A DNA stretch of 64,000 nucleotides, from assembly GCA_945907755.1 (NCBI GenBank), contig CAMDTN010000007.1, positions 856 through 64,855 of the forward strand. The letters are read 5' to 3'. The notes beneath the pieces were generated by a model that worked only from the letters and a program-made list of their open reading frames with translations, searched no databases and was not told the DNA's origin. The position numbers and the translations under genes are program-made. Of this stretch, positions 19,097 to 29,039 are shown one piece after another; within the stretch, counting starts at the first letter, position 1, and every line of letters starts with the position of its first letter. The DNA is from Singulisphaera sp. GP187. GTDB taxonomy: Bacteria > Planctomycetota > GCA-002687715.

Positions 19097-22000
19097 ATGA
19101 GTCATCAGGACGCGACGCCCGGCCTCGGCCACTTGCAACTCGGCATTCCCGGTTGGAACTACGCCGATCTTTTCGACCCAGCAGCGTTGGCGCGCTTGCA
19201 CGGTTTGTTTTGCGAAGACCTCAAGCGCCGCGACCCTGCCACCGGCCTGCGCTACGACACGCTGCTGCAAGCAGGTGCTCCGACGCGCGAAGAGGAATCG
19301 TGGGCCATTGCCGCCGTTGGGCCGCACCTCAGCCGTTTCTTAGGCGCACTGTTTTGTGCTGACGGCGCTGCCGCGCTGTTGGTGGACAAAGCGCGCGCGT
19401 TAGAGCCTGTGTTCGCGGTGCGCCGCGAATTCGTGAAGCGTCGAGCGCTGAAAAAAGTGGCTGCGGCGGACATCCCAGCGGACTTGGTTCCACTACGAGC
19501 ACTGGCAACGCGCGTGGCGCAGGTTCTGGGCAGCCCAGCGCCGGACGAGCACGAAGAAATCGCATTCAGCCGCGCAGTGTTGGCGCTGCTGGCATTGGAA
19601 AAAGAACTGAGTGTTGGTGCCGCACTGAGCGGTGCTGGCGAGGCGACATGCGGCGCTCTCGCAACAGCATGGCCTGCACGCTTCAGCGCTTCAGGCACGG
19701 ATCGCAGCGCAGCGCTGCAACAGTTGCTCCGCGACTTGCAAGTCTTCTGCGCAGGTTCCGTGGCGCGGCCAAGTACCGCGGCTGGCTGGGTGCTGTTCGA
19801 GCAACAGCACGCCGTGCATCACGCAGATTTGGTGCCGCTGGTGCGGCCACTCGCAGAAATGCCCACGTGCTTCGAGGGCCCAGAGGCTACGCGTCGCGAG
19901 CGTCCTGGCTTCGACCTGACCGATGCGCGCATGAACCCGCGGGAAGTGGCGGCGCAAGTAGACATCTGCATCTTCTGTCACCACCAAAAGCGCGATTCGT
20001 GCGCAACAGGCTTGCGCGAAAAAGACGGTAAGGCCAAGAAAAACCCGCTGGGCGTCGAACTCGAAGGCTGCCCGCTGGATGAGCACATATCGGAAGCTCA
20101 TGAACTGCAGCAGGGCGGAGACTCCGTCGCGGCGTTGGCCGCCGTGATGGTGAACAACCCCATGTGCCCCGGCACTGGGCACCGCATTTGCAACGACTGC
20201 ATGAAGGCCTGCATCTTTCAAAAGCAGGAACCAGTGAACATCCCGCAAGCCGAGACAGGCATTCTCTCGGCGGTGTTGGCGCTGCCGTTCGGCGCCGAAA
20301 TCTATTCGCTGTTGACGCGCTGGAATCCGCTGCACATGCGGCGGCCCTTCCAACTGCCTTTCAACGGATTGAAAGTGCTGGTCGTGGGCCTCGGGCCTGC
20401 GGGCTACACACTCGCTCACTACTTGAGCAACGAGGGCTTCGGTGTGGTGGCCATCGACGGACTGAAGATCGAACCGCTGCCCGCGGATCTTGTGGGTGCT
20501 GCTGCGCGCGCGCTGCAAGATTGGAAGGCCTTCGTGCAACCGCTGGATCAACGCGTGTTGTCGGGCTTTGGTGGTGTCAGTGAGTACGGCATCACCGTGC
20601 GCTGGGACAAGAATTACCTGCGACTGCTGCATTTGACGCTGGCGCGCAAGCGCAATTTGTCCATGTTTGGTGGCGTGCGCTTCGGCGGCACCATCACCTT
20701 GGATGACGCGCACGAGCTTGGTTTCGCACATGTAGCCATCGCTACCGGCGCAGGCAAGCCCACCATCGTGGACATGAAGAACAACTTGGTGCGCGGCGTG
20801 CGCCAAGCCAGCGATTTCTTGATGGCTTTGCAGTTGACGGGTGCCGCCAAAGACTCGAGCCTCACCAATCTGCAAGTGGAACTGCCGGGCATCGTGGTGG
20901 GTGGCGGGCTGACCGCAATCGACACTGCCACCGAGCTGATGGCTTACTACCCGCTGCAAGTGGAACGCGTGTTGGTGCGCAGCGAACTGTTGCAATCCGA
21001 AGGTCGGCTGGAAGCGTTCCTTAAAGCGCTGAACCCCGAAGAGCGTGGCACCTATCAGACATTCATGGAACACGGGCGTGCTGTGCGTGCAGAGCGCGCT
21101 GCGGCGCATCGCGAAGGGCGCGCTGCGGCATTGTCGCAATTGGTGCGCGCGTGGGGCGGTGTGTCCATCGCTTACCGCAAGAGTTTGCAAGATGCGCCGG
21201 CCTATCGCTTGAACCACGAAGAAGTGGTGAAGGCTTTGGAAGAAGGCGTGCGTTTCATCGAAAATGTGTCACCGACAGAAGTGGTGTCGGATGCGGGTGG
21301 CCGCGTCACTTCGTTGAAACTGCGCGGACCCAGTGGTGCCATGGAATTGCCTTGCCGCGCCTTGATGATTGCTGCGGGCACCAGCCCCAACACCATCTAC
21401 GAGCGCGAGCACCCGGGCACGTTTGGCTTCGATGGCAAGTTCTTCCGCTCGCACCGCATCGAAGGCAGCGGCGCCGCCGTGCAGTTGGTGGCGGACACCA
21501 CGCGCGATGCGTTCTTCACTTCGTACCTGCGTGACGGCTTGAGTGTCAGCTACTACGGTGACAACCACCCCGCGTGGAACGGCAATGTTGTGAAAGCCAT
21601 GGCTTCTGCGCGGAAGGGCTATCCGCAGGTGTTGGCGCTGTTCAGCGCGGCAACGCTGCGGCCATCCGCCGCCCAGCAGCCTGCACGCGATGCCAGTTGG
21701 CGCAGCGATACCGCGCACCTTGCTGCAATGCTGCAACCCACCGTGGTGCGCGTCGAGCGCCTCACACCAAACATCATCGAAGTGGTGTTGAAGGCGCCCA
21801 TGGCTGCGCGCCACTTCCAGCCTGGGCAGTTCTTCCGCTTGCAGGATTTTGAATCCACTGCCACGCTGCGTCGCGGGCTGCGCATGAGCATGGAAGGGCT
21901 CGCTATGACGGGCGCCTGGGTGGACCGCGAACGCGGTCTGCTGTCGCTGATCATTCTGGAAATGGGCGGTTCATCCAGCTTGTGCGAACTGTTGCAGCCG

Positions 22001-22702
22001 GGGCAGCCGGTGGTGTGCATGGGCCCGACGGGCACGCCCACCACGATTCCGAAGAACGAAAAAGTGATCTTGTGCGGCGGCGGCTTGGGCAACGCTGTGC
22101 TCTTTAGCATTGCGCGGGCGCTGAAGGACAACGGTTGCAGCGTGCTGTATTTCGCGGGCTACAAGAATGGCGAAGACCTGTTCAAGCGCGACGAAGTGGA
22201 AGCGGGCACCGATCAAGTCATCTGGAGCACCGATGCCGGCGCAGCCATCACACCGCGCCGCCCGCAAGACCATCATTTCCGGGGCAATATTGTCGAATCC
22301 ATGCTCACCTACGCCCGTGGCGTGCACGGTGCCGGAGTGTTCCCGCTGAGCGAAGCCACGCGCATCATCGTGATTGGCTCCGATCGCATGATGGCTGCAG
22401 TGGCGGCAGCACGGCGCGATGCGACCAAGTTGCAACCGTACCTTGGGCCGCATGAGGCGTTGGGATCTATCAATTCGCCCATGCAGTGCATGCTGAAAGA
22501 GGTTTGCGCGCAGTGTCTGCAGCGACATGTGGACCCAGTCACCGGCAAGGAGAGTTTCGTGTTTTCGTGCTTCGACCAAGATCAGCATTTGGATCATGTG
22601 GACTTCGCGCACCTCAACTTGCGCTTGCGCCAGAACGGTGTGCTGGAGAAACTCACCGCCGGAGTGATCGCGTTGCTCAAAAACGACGCGATGCTTGTGT
22701 AG
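19097..22702 (+). CDS. Large multidomain FAD/NAD(P)H oxidoreductase: N-terminal unknown domain + Cys-cluster + GltD-like pyridine-nucleotide oxidoreductase + C-terminal PyrK/FNR-like FAD/NAD-binding domain
   Basis: AGGAGG Shine-Dalgarno 10 nt before ATG 19097. Cys-rich Fe-S region (CIFCHH…C…GCPLDEH…CPGTGHRICNDCMKACIF). Rossmann dinucleotide motif VLVVGLGPAGYTLAHYL. C-terminal FNR/PyrK-like region (FQPGQFFRLQ…ILCGGGLGNAVLFSIARAL). Confidence 0.8.
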   Translation: MSHQDATPGLGHLQLGIPGWNYADLFDPAALARLHGLFCEDLKRRDPATGLRYDTLLQAGAPTREEESWAIAAVGPHLSRFLGALFCADGAAALLVDKARALEPVFAVRREFVKRRALKKVAAADIPADLVPLRALATRVAQVLGSPAPDEHEEIAFSRAVLALLALEKELSVGAALSGAGEATCGALATAWPARFSASGTDRSAALQQLLRDLQVFCAGSVARPSTAAGWVLFEQQHAVHHADLVPLVRPLAEMPTCFEGPEATRRERPGFDLTDARMNPREVAAQVDICIFCHHQKRDSCATGLREKDGKAKKNPLGVELEGCPLDEHISEAHELQQGGDSVAALAAVMVNNPMCPGTGHRICNDCMKACIFQKQEPVNIPQAETGILSAVLALPFGAEIYSLLTRWNPLHMRRPFQLPFNGLKVLVVGLGPAGYTLAHYLSNEGFGVVAIDGLKIEPLPADLVGAAARALQDWKAFVQPLDQRVLSGFGGVSEYGITVRWDKNYLRLLHLTLARKRNLSMFGGVRFGGTITLDDAHELGFAHVAIATGAGKPTIVDMKNNLVRGVRQASDFLMALQLTGAAKDSSLTNLQVELPGIVVGGGLTAIDTATELMAYYPLQVERVLVRSELLQSEGRLEAFLKALNPEERGTYQTFMEHGRAVRAERAAAHREGRAAALSQLVRAWGGVSIAYRKSLQDAPAYRLNHEEVVKALEEGVRFIENVSPTEVVSDAGGRVTSLKLRGPSGAMELPCRALMIAAGTSPNTIYEREHPGTFGFDGKFFRSHRIEGSGAAVQLVADTTRDAFFTSYLRDGLSVSYYGDNHPAWNGNVVKAMASARKGYPQVLALFSAATLRPSAAQQPARDASWRSDTAHLAAMLQPTVVRVERLTPNIIEVVLKAPMAARHFQPGQFFRLQDFESTATLRRGLRMSMEGLAMTGAWVDRERGLLSLIILEMGGSSSLCELLQPGQPVVCMGPTGTPTTIPKNEKVILCGGGLGNAVLFSIARALKDNGCSVLYFAGYKNGEDLFKRDEVEAGTDQVIWSTDAGAAITPRRPQDHHFRGNIVESMLTYARGVHGAGVFPLSEATRIIVIGSDRMMAAVAAARRDATKLQPYLGPHEALGSINSPMQCMLKEVCAQCLQRHVDPVTGKESFVFSCFDQDQHLDHVDFAHLNLRLRQNGVLEKLTAGVIALLKNDAMLV

Positions 22703-22748
22703 CCATCGACTGTGCGGCACGTGCGCCCTCTGCGCGCTCGCTGTGCAC

Positions 22749-24278
22749 TTAGCGCGGGAGCGGAGGGATCCATAACACCTGCGCTTTGCCGCGCTGGCGC
22801 CAAGCACGCATCGGCGCTTGAAAAGGCACGGTGTCCACCCATACGGCTAGCGAGTCCAACCCCGAAATGGCTTGGGCTGGGTGCCCGTCGCCGACAAAGC
22901 GGTCCAGCAACAGAATCACGGGCCGTTGCGCGCGGGCGATGTAATCGGTGAGCAGCGGGCCGGCGCTTTCAGCGGTAGGAGCGTTTAGGAGCAGCCAAGG
23001 ATCGTGGGGCACTTGGCGCAAGTGCATCGCAGTGTGCGAGCGAAAACCATGCGTGACCACGATGGGTCGGGCGGGGTCGTGGCTCCACAGTTCTGCCTGT
23101 GCCGCCGCATCGTGCAAGGTGGTGTCACGCAACGCCATGGTGCTGGTGGCGTGGAGCATGAATGTTGTCGCAGCCGCGACCAGCAACAGCATTGCGGCAC
23201 TCAACGAGCGCGGGCAGTGGATCGCGGCGAGCGCGGTGCCTAGGAGCAGTTCCAATATCCACCATTCAAAATTCTGTGGCTCGAACCAACAGTAGAAACA
23301 GAAGCGTGTGGCGGCGATCAGCAGCACAGCCCACAACATGGCGCGGCGGTTAGTCGTTGGGGGCTGCGTGCTGGCAGTCCGCACACAGAGGAGCCTGCAG
23401 GCCGCCCAGAGGACAACGAAAAAGGCGAGGCCGATACTGATGTTCAGAGTGAATGCGCGGTAATCGTGTTGCACGCCAGCAACTGCTACTCCAAGCGTCG
23501 TGCAGCGCAGCAGCAGATCATCCAGCCCTGGTAGCTCGGCGGGAGCCCAATTGCGTGTTGCCACCTCGGCTGTTGTGAACATGAATGCGCGCAAGTTGGC
23601 AGCTCCGGCGAGTTGCCAACAGATGACATAGGCACCAAGTGTGGTGAGGCCGGTGAGCGCGAGCCACAGGAACATGCGCCACAGCCGACGTTGCTGTGGC
23701 AGTCGCGTGGCCAGCGCAAAGACCAACCCGGGGACGATCAGAATGTTGTCTTGGCGTAGCAGCAGGGCGGCAACAGTGATTGCGCCTACGCGCAGGAGTG
23801 AGCAGTTCCCGTCACATGCTGCAACCAAAGCCCAGAGAGCCAGTGCTGCTGCGGGCACAACGGTTTCGCCAACACTCGCTTCCAACAGCACACTGCGTGT
23901 AGCCAACAGCAGCAGCGGCAGCGCCAACGCGGTGCGTCGCCAGCCCGCGAGGCGGCCGAGCAGCATGACGATGCCAGCGAAGGCTGCAGCATTCACACAC
24001 CGAGTTGCCCAGTGGCCGGGGTGATCTGCGCCAACGAAGTCCAGTGCGCCCGTTAGCGGCAACAGCAGCACATGGAAGAGCGGATGATGCCCACTGATGC
24101 TGGCCAGTCCATCATGCTCTGCAGCGTGTGCGTACCACAGCGCATCGTTCACCGCGAAACAGCCGTCCGCGTTCCATGGCATGAAGAAGAGCACCACTGC
24201 AAAAGTGATTGCTGCGAGCAGCGCAAACGGCCATGCCATCCCCACGGCATATTGTCGCATTGTTGCAACGGCTTCCAT
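22749..24278 (-). CDS. Polytopic integral membrane protein (GT-C/ArnT-PMT-like putative glycosyltransferase; function uncertain)
   Basis: 509 aa with at least 10 hydrophobic helices. No competing plus-strand ORF. Codon usage consistent with neighbours. Confidence 0.5.
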   Translation of the reverse strand: MEAVATMRQYAVGMAWPFALLAAITFAVVLFFMPWNADGCFAVNDALWYAHAAEHDGLASISGHHPLFHVLLLPLTGALDFVGADHPGHWATRCVNAAAFAGIVMLLGRLAGWRRTALALPLLLLATRSVLLEASVGETVVPAAALALWALVAACDGNCSLLRVGAITVAALLLRQDNILIVPGLVFALATRLPQQRRLWRMFLWLALTGLTTLGAYVICWQLAGAANLRAFMFTTAEVATRNWAPAELPGLDDLLLRCTTLGVAVAGVQHDYRAFTLNISIGLAFFVVLWAACRLLCVRTASTQPPTTNRRAMLWAVLLIAATRFCFYCWFEPQNFEWWILELLLGTALAAIHCPRSLSAAMLLLVAAATTFMLHATSTMALRDTTLHDAAAQAELWSHDPARPIVVTHGFRSHTAMHLRQVPHDPWLLLNAPTAESAGPLLTDYIARAQRPVILLLDRFVGDGHPAQAISGLDSLAVWVDTVPFQAPMRAWRQRGKAQVLWIPPLPR

Positions 24279-24333
24279 GAGCGAATGATAGTCGCTGTGG
24301 CACGCTGTTGGCGGCTATCATGCGCTCGCAACA

Positions 24334-24978
24334 ATGAGCTTATTCGACTGGTTACGTCGGCCTGAAACCACAAGAGCCCCGCGTGCTGCGCGCCCGGCTT
24401 TGGATGCTGCGCTGGTCGATGGCATTCTCACGCGGGTGCGTGCGGCGCCTGCAGGGCTACGCGTGCTGGAGCTCGAGTGTGGCGTTGGCGTGCTCAGCCT
24501 GCGCATGGCCCATGCTGCGCCAGGGTGCAGCGTGCTGGGGCTGGACACAGCGTCAGATGCGGTGCGCAGTGCCAGCAGCGCGGCGCGCGCGGCGGGGCTG
24601 GAGTCGCGCGTGAGCTTCAGTGTGTGCGACCTGCGGATTCTGTCAGTGGCCGATGCTTGCTTCGATCTTGCTGTGGGGGTGGGGGTGCTTAGCGAGAGTG
24701 CTGCACCCGCATCTACGCTGCGCGAAATCCGCCGCGCGCTGGCACCCGGCGGTATGGCACTGCTCTACGAACCCCTTGCGCTGGAAGAGCCAGCAGCGAA
24801 TGCAGCCGGCGGTATGCATCATTTGCGCGGCGCATCAATGAGTGGCGCAGCGTTGAGCGCGCTCATTGCAGCGTCGCCCTTCGCCAACGCAGCGCGTCTT
24901 ACGGCACCGGAATCTCGGGGGCCGGGCGCCTACGCACAGTTAGTCCTGCTGCACGCGCCTCATGTCAAGCCGCATTGA
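24334..24978 (+). CDS. Class I SAM-dependent methyltransferase
   Basis: Motif I VLELECGVGVLSL; acidic-loop and motif II-like segments. 214 aa. Confidence 0.7.
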   Translation: MSLFDWLRRPETTRAPRAARPALDAALVDGILTRVRAAPAGLRVLELECGVGVLSLRMAHAAPGCSVLGLDTASDAVRSASSAARAAGLESRVSFSVCDLRILSVADACFDLAVGVGVLSESAAPASTLREIRRALAPGGMALLYEPLALEEPAANAAGGMHHLRGASMSGAALSALIAASPFANAARLTAPESRGPGAYAQLVLLHAPHVKPH

Positions 24979-25276
24979 GCGCGAACGGCCTTGATCGCCC
25001 TGTCGACCGGTCGGATGCACTCCAACGGACCGCTCCGCCTCACCAAGTCAGCGCTCCGCTTCCGCCAACGTTGGGCATGGGCATGTGGCCGAGCGCAGAG
25101 GTCACCGGCGGAGTGTGCTCCATGGGCGCGGCAGCCGGTCGTCTTCGCCCGACCGGCCGAGCGCCCATGGGCAACACGGAGCCACGCCTGCGAGCGCAAT
25201 GCAAGACCGACCGTGCGCTGCAGAGGCGGAGTGTGTCCGATGGGCGCGGCAGCCGACCGTCTTCGCTCGACCGGGC

Positions 25277-25341
25277 GAGAGGAAAGAAAAAGACCCCCGC
25301 GTGAGCGAGGGTCTTTAGCTTTCACGAAGTCGGGGCGAGAG
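25277..25341. repeat. 65-bp direct repeat, copy A (identical to 25460–25524); carries a copy of the last 11 nt of tRNA-Pro plus a terminator hairpin
   Basis: Exact sequence identity by eye: gagaggaaagaaaaagacccccgcgtgagcgagggtctttagctttcacgaagtcggggcgagag. Confidence 0.85.
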
Positions 25342-25459
25342 CCCACCGCAGTAGCGGTGGGGAGATTTGACGCCGTGCGTAGCGCGGCGCAGATCCTCTG
25401 CGGAGGAGGCCACGCCTCGGGGCCGAGGCCGCAGGGTGCGCAGCACCCAACGACCCGAT

Positions 25460-25587
<128 letters not shown>

Positions 25588-25812
25588 ATTGCTTCAAGGA
25601 TCGGCTACAGCAAGCTGCAGCACGAGCCCCAAGCGGGGCCATTGTTACGAATATGCCCCTCAGCGGTCAAGCAGCGAGCTACGTATGGCTCATCATCGCC
25701 CCATCGACCGGTGAGAACATGGTTGAGGCGAGACAATATGCCTATTTTTCCCGGGGGGGGCCTCTGCGGTAAAGTTCTTCGTGTCACCGTTCGAATCGTG
25801 AGGAGACTTTCC

Positions 25813-27531
25813 ATGTCACTTGCCCGAATTCCTTGTAATGCGAGGTGCGCGGTTGCGCCCACCTTTGCACGCCGCCTTTGGTTCGTTTGCCTGCTAGCGC
25901 TCATGGTGCTGGTCGGCGCTGCGTTACTGCCAGGTCAAACGCTGATGCGCATCAGCGAGGGCACCACTACGGCTTTCGGTCTCGGCTGGTCATCTGCCAG
26001 AGCGGGAGACCTCGACGGCGACGGCATCACTGAGGTGTTGGTAGGTGCCAACGACCCCGCCTTAGGTGCAGGCACCGTGCGCGTGATTTCTGTAGCCACC
26101 GGCGTTGTGTTGCGCACCCACGTGGGCGAAGTCAATGGCCACCAGTTTGGCTTTGACGTAGCCGGCGGCTTCGATGCGAACCTCGACGGCGTCAACGATG
26201 TCTTGGTCGGTGCACCTGGCTTCGATGTGGGTTCATCTTTCGACAATCGTGGGCGGGCTTATGTCTACTCCGGTGCCACGGGCACGCTGCTGTATTCCGT
26301 CACCGGCGAGGCCTTCGCGGAGAACTGCGGTTTCTCTGTTGCATGGTTGGGCGACATCAATGGCGACCTGAGAGCGGATTTCGCGGTGGGCTCGTCCGGT
26401 GCTAGCAGCATGACTGGTCGCGTGCGCGTGTTCAGCGGCCTCGACGGCAGCTTGATGCTGACTTTGGGTGGGCAGGCTGTCGGCGATCGTTTCGGCGCGG
26501 CAGTGGCCTATGCGGGTGACATGAACGCTGACGGCACCCCAGATTTATTGGTCGGCGCGCCATATCAAGCCATCAACGGCATCGCAGGGCGTTCGTACAT
26601 CTACGCCATGCCTACCGGAGCGTTGCTGCAAACATTTTTCGGGACGCAATCTGCGGAGCACCACGGCTGGGCGCTTTGCAGCGTGCCGGATTTGACTGGC
26701 GACGGCGTGCGCGATGTGGTGGTGGGTGCGCCCGATTACGACGCGGTGACGATCACTGACGCTGGACGGGCTCGCGCGTTCAACAGTGCCACGGGTGTGG
26801 CGCTGTGGGATTTCGTGGGGCCGCTGGTCCATATGAAAACCGGCATCGACTTGGATGCCATTCCAGATTCCGACGCTGACGGCATCGGCGACTTGATAAT
26901 CGGCCTCCCATACATCCCACCATGAAGTGGCATCTACTACGGTCGCGTGTCGACCGTGAGCGGTGCGAATGGTGCTGCCATCCGCACGATCACCACTACT
27001 GGCTACGAGAACCTCTTCGGGCGCAGCGTCTGCGGCCTCGGAGATTGGGACAACGACGGCATCGGCGACTTTGCTGTGGGCTGCCCCAACGAGGACACCA
27101 TTGGCGCGCTGAATTGCGGGCGTTCGCTGGTTTACGGCGGCGGCGTGCGCGACACCAGCACATTGCAATTGTTCGGAACGATGTCCGTGAGCAACCCCAA
27201 CTCGCCTTACATTCGCGTGCTCGGGACTCCAGGCACGCCTCCGGTGGTGTTGGGGGATCCGATCCCCGGCCCCACGCCCATTCCGCCCTTTGGTTACTCG
27301 GGCGTCGGTTTCAGCCCATGGATGGTGGCGATGAACAATCCCGTCGGGTTCCTGTGGCCAGCCTTCGGCGGCAACATCGACTCACAAGGATTGTTGCAGA
27401 TCGGTCCGTTTCCGCTGTCGCCCAACGTCATCGGCCTCACTTTGTTCGTGCAGTCCTTCAACGTCACTCCACTGGCGCCGAACGGAGTGTTCCAGCGCAC
27501 CAACACGCTGGCGCTCACCGTTACGCCCTGA
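25813..27531 (+). pseudogene. FG-GAP repeat secreted protein interrupted by an in-frame TGA at 26923–26925 (nonsense mutation or sequencing error)
   Basis: AGGAG Shine-Dalgarno before ATG 25813. Signal anchor RLWFVCLLALMVLVGAALLP. Repeats DLDGDGITEVLVGA / DMNADGTPDLLVGAPY… The stop falls inside a repeat unit: …DSDADGIGDLIIGLPYIPP*SGIYYGRVSTVSGANG… continues in the same frame through DWDNDGIGDFAVGCP to stop at 27531. C-terminal conserved extension present. Confidence 0.6.
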
Positions 27532-27542
27532 GGACCCAAACC

Positions 27543-29006
27543 TTGCGCACTTGCATCGCGATCGCGTTGTTACTGGGCGGAATCGCCGCCCAGCAGCCCA
27601 TGAATCAGTACACCTCGAATACCTATTGGTTGGGGGGTGCCGCTGATCCGCGAGTGCTGATGCTGGGGCCGGGGGGGCGCATCTTTACAGGCTGCGGTGA
27701 CGGGTCTGTGCGCATCTTGGAAGACAACGACAACAATGGCGTTGTGGACAATGTGATCAACTTTGTGTTCGGTGCGTGGAGTTGCCATGGCCTCGCTTGG
27801 AAGCCCAACGGGGCGACGGGCTATGACCTCTATGTATCGCACCTCACGGCGCCATCGGGCGGCACCGGCACGATCACGTGTTTCACCGACCTCACTGGCG
27901 ATGACATCTTTGATGTGGTCACGACAGTGGTGCTGACATTGCCCTCCGGGGCGCACCAAGTGAACAACATCAAGTTGGATGCAACGGGCCAGTGGCTGTA
28001 CATCGCGCAAGGCGCGACGGCGAACACTTCCGCCGGCGGCGGCGCCATGGTTGCGCGCGTGGCCTCCAATGCAGTGAATGTGCTTTGGGGCTCTCCGCAA
28101 GTCATCGTCGTGGGCACGGGGTTGCGCAATCCTTGGGGCATCGAATTCCATCCGTCTGGCGAGCTCTTCGCCACCGACAACGGGCGCGACGACTTGGGCG
28201 CCACAGATCCACCTGATGAATTCAACCGCGTGGTGATGGGGCAAGACTATGGTTTCCCCACTGTCAGCGGCATGCCGCCCGTGGGCAACCCAACGACCGC
28301 ACCCATCGGATTATTCGAGTCTCATGCTTCGGCCAATGGATTTGCATTCGACAACGGTTCGATGCTCACGGGCTTCGTGAACCAAGTGTTTGTCGCGGAA
28401 TGGGGCAATTGGAACGGCATCACGCCAACGCCAGTGGGACAAAAGATTGTTCAAGGCAACTTGCACCAACGCACCAATGGTTCGTGGGTGCTGAACTCGT
28501 GGGATTTCTTGGCCAATTGTGGGCATCCGCTGGATGTGGAAATCGGCGCGCTAGGCGAGCTGTTCTTCACCGTGCAGTGGGGAGTGCCCAACTGGCCTGA
28601 AGGCGTGTATCGCGTTGTGCCCACCCACGGCATCTCCGTGAAACTGAGCGGCGTGCCCGAGCTTGGCAACATCATCAATGTGACCGTGCGTTGCCCCGGC
28701 CTTCCTGGGCACCTCAGCAAAGTGGCTGCATCTGCAGGCACCGGGCCTCTGCCCACTGCGCTCGGAGGCCTCGGCCTCAGTTGGGATTGGATCTTCGACA
28801 TTTCGCTCACGCCGAACCCATATTTGTCCTTTGCGCCAGCGGGGCTGTTGAACGCCCAAGGCTTGTCCAGCGGACCGGATCATGTGTACATCCCTGTGCT
28901 GCCGGTCCTGTCGGGCTTCACCCTCTACATCGCCGCTGCGACCTTCGATCCATTCACCCTAGTGCCTTCAGCCGTGTCACCCACTGCGAGGATTCTCATT
29001 CTGTGA
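27543..29006 (+). CDS. Secreted soluble quinoprotein glucose/sorbosone-dehydrogenase-like beta-propeller protein with conserved C-terminal extension
   Basis: TTG start preceded by GAGGA (8-nt spacer). Signal peptide (M)RTCIAIALLLGGIAAQQ. GSDH-family motif GLRNPWGIEFHPSGELFATDNGRD. C-terminal ~110-aa extension ending …ARILIL. Confidence 0.7.
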   Translation: MRTCIAIALLLGGIAAQQPMNQYTSNTYWLGGAADPRVLMLGPGGRIFTGCGDGSVRILEDNDNNGVVDNVINFVFGAWSCHGLAWKPNGATGYDLYVSHLTAPSGGTGTITCFTDLTGDDIFDVVTTVVLTLPSGAHQVNNIKLDATGQWLYIAQGATANTSAGGGAMVARVASNAVNVLWGSPQVIVVGTGLRNPWGIEFHPSGELFATDNGRDDLGATDPPDEFNRVVMGQDYGFPTVSGMPPVGNPTTAPIGLFESHASANGFAFDNGSMLTGFVNQVFVAEWGNWNGITPTPVGQKIVQGNLHQRTNGSWVLNSWDFLANCGHPLDVEIGALGELFFTVQWGVPNWPEGVYRVVPTHGISVKLSGVPELGNIINVTVRCPGLPGHLSKVAASAGTGPLPTALGGLGLSWDWIFDISLTPNPYLSFAPAGLLNAQGLSSGPDHVYIPVLPVLSGFTLYIAAATFDPFTLVPSAVSPTARILIL

Positions 29007-29039
29007 GCAAGGCGCCGCTGTCAGCCTTCCGCGACAGCA

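Noticed and set aside
19691-21217. 508-aa ORF on the minus strand
   Set aside because: It lies entirely antisense to the well-supported 1,202-aa oxidoreductase gene. The translation is Arg/Ala/His-rich without motifs. It is a typical GC-rich shadow ORF.
26922-27542. N-terminal part of ORF-track entry 26922..29006
   Set aside because: It overlaps the FG-GAP coding frame and translates to Arg/His-rich noise. The GSDH-like gene more plausibly starts at TTG 27543, after GAGGA, with a signal peptide.
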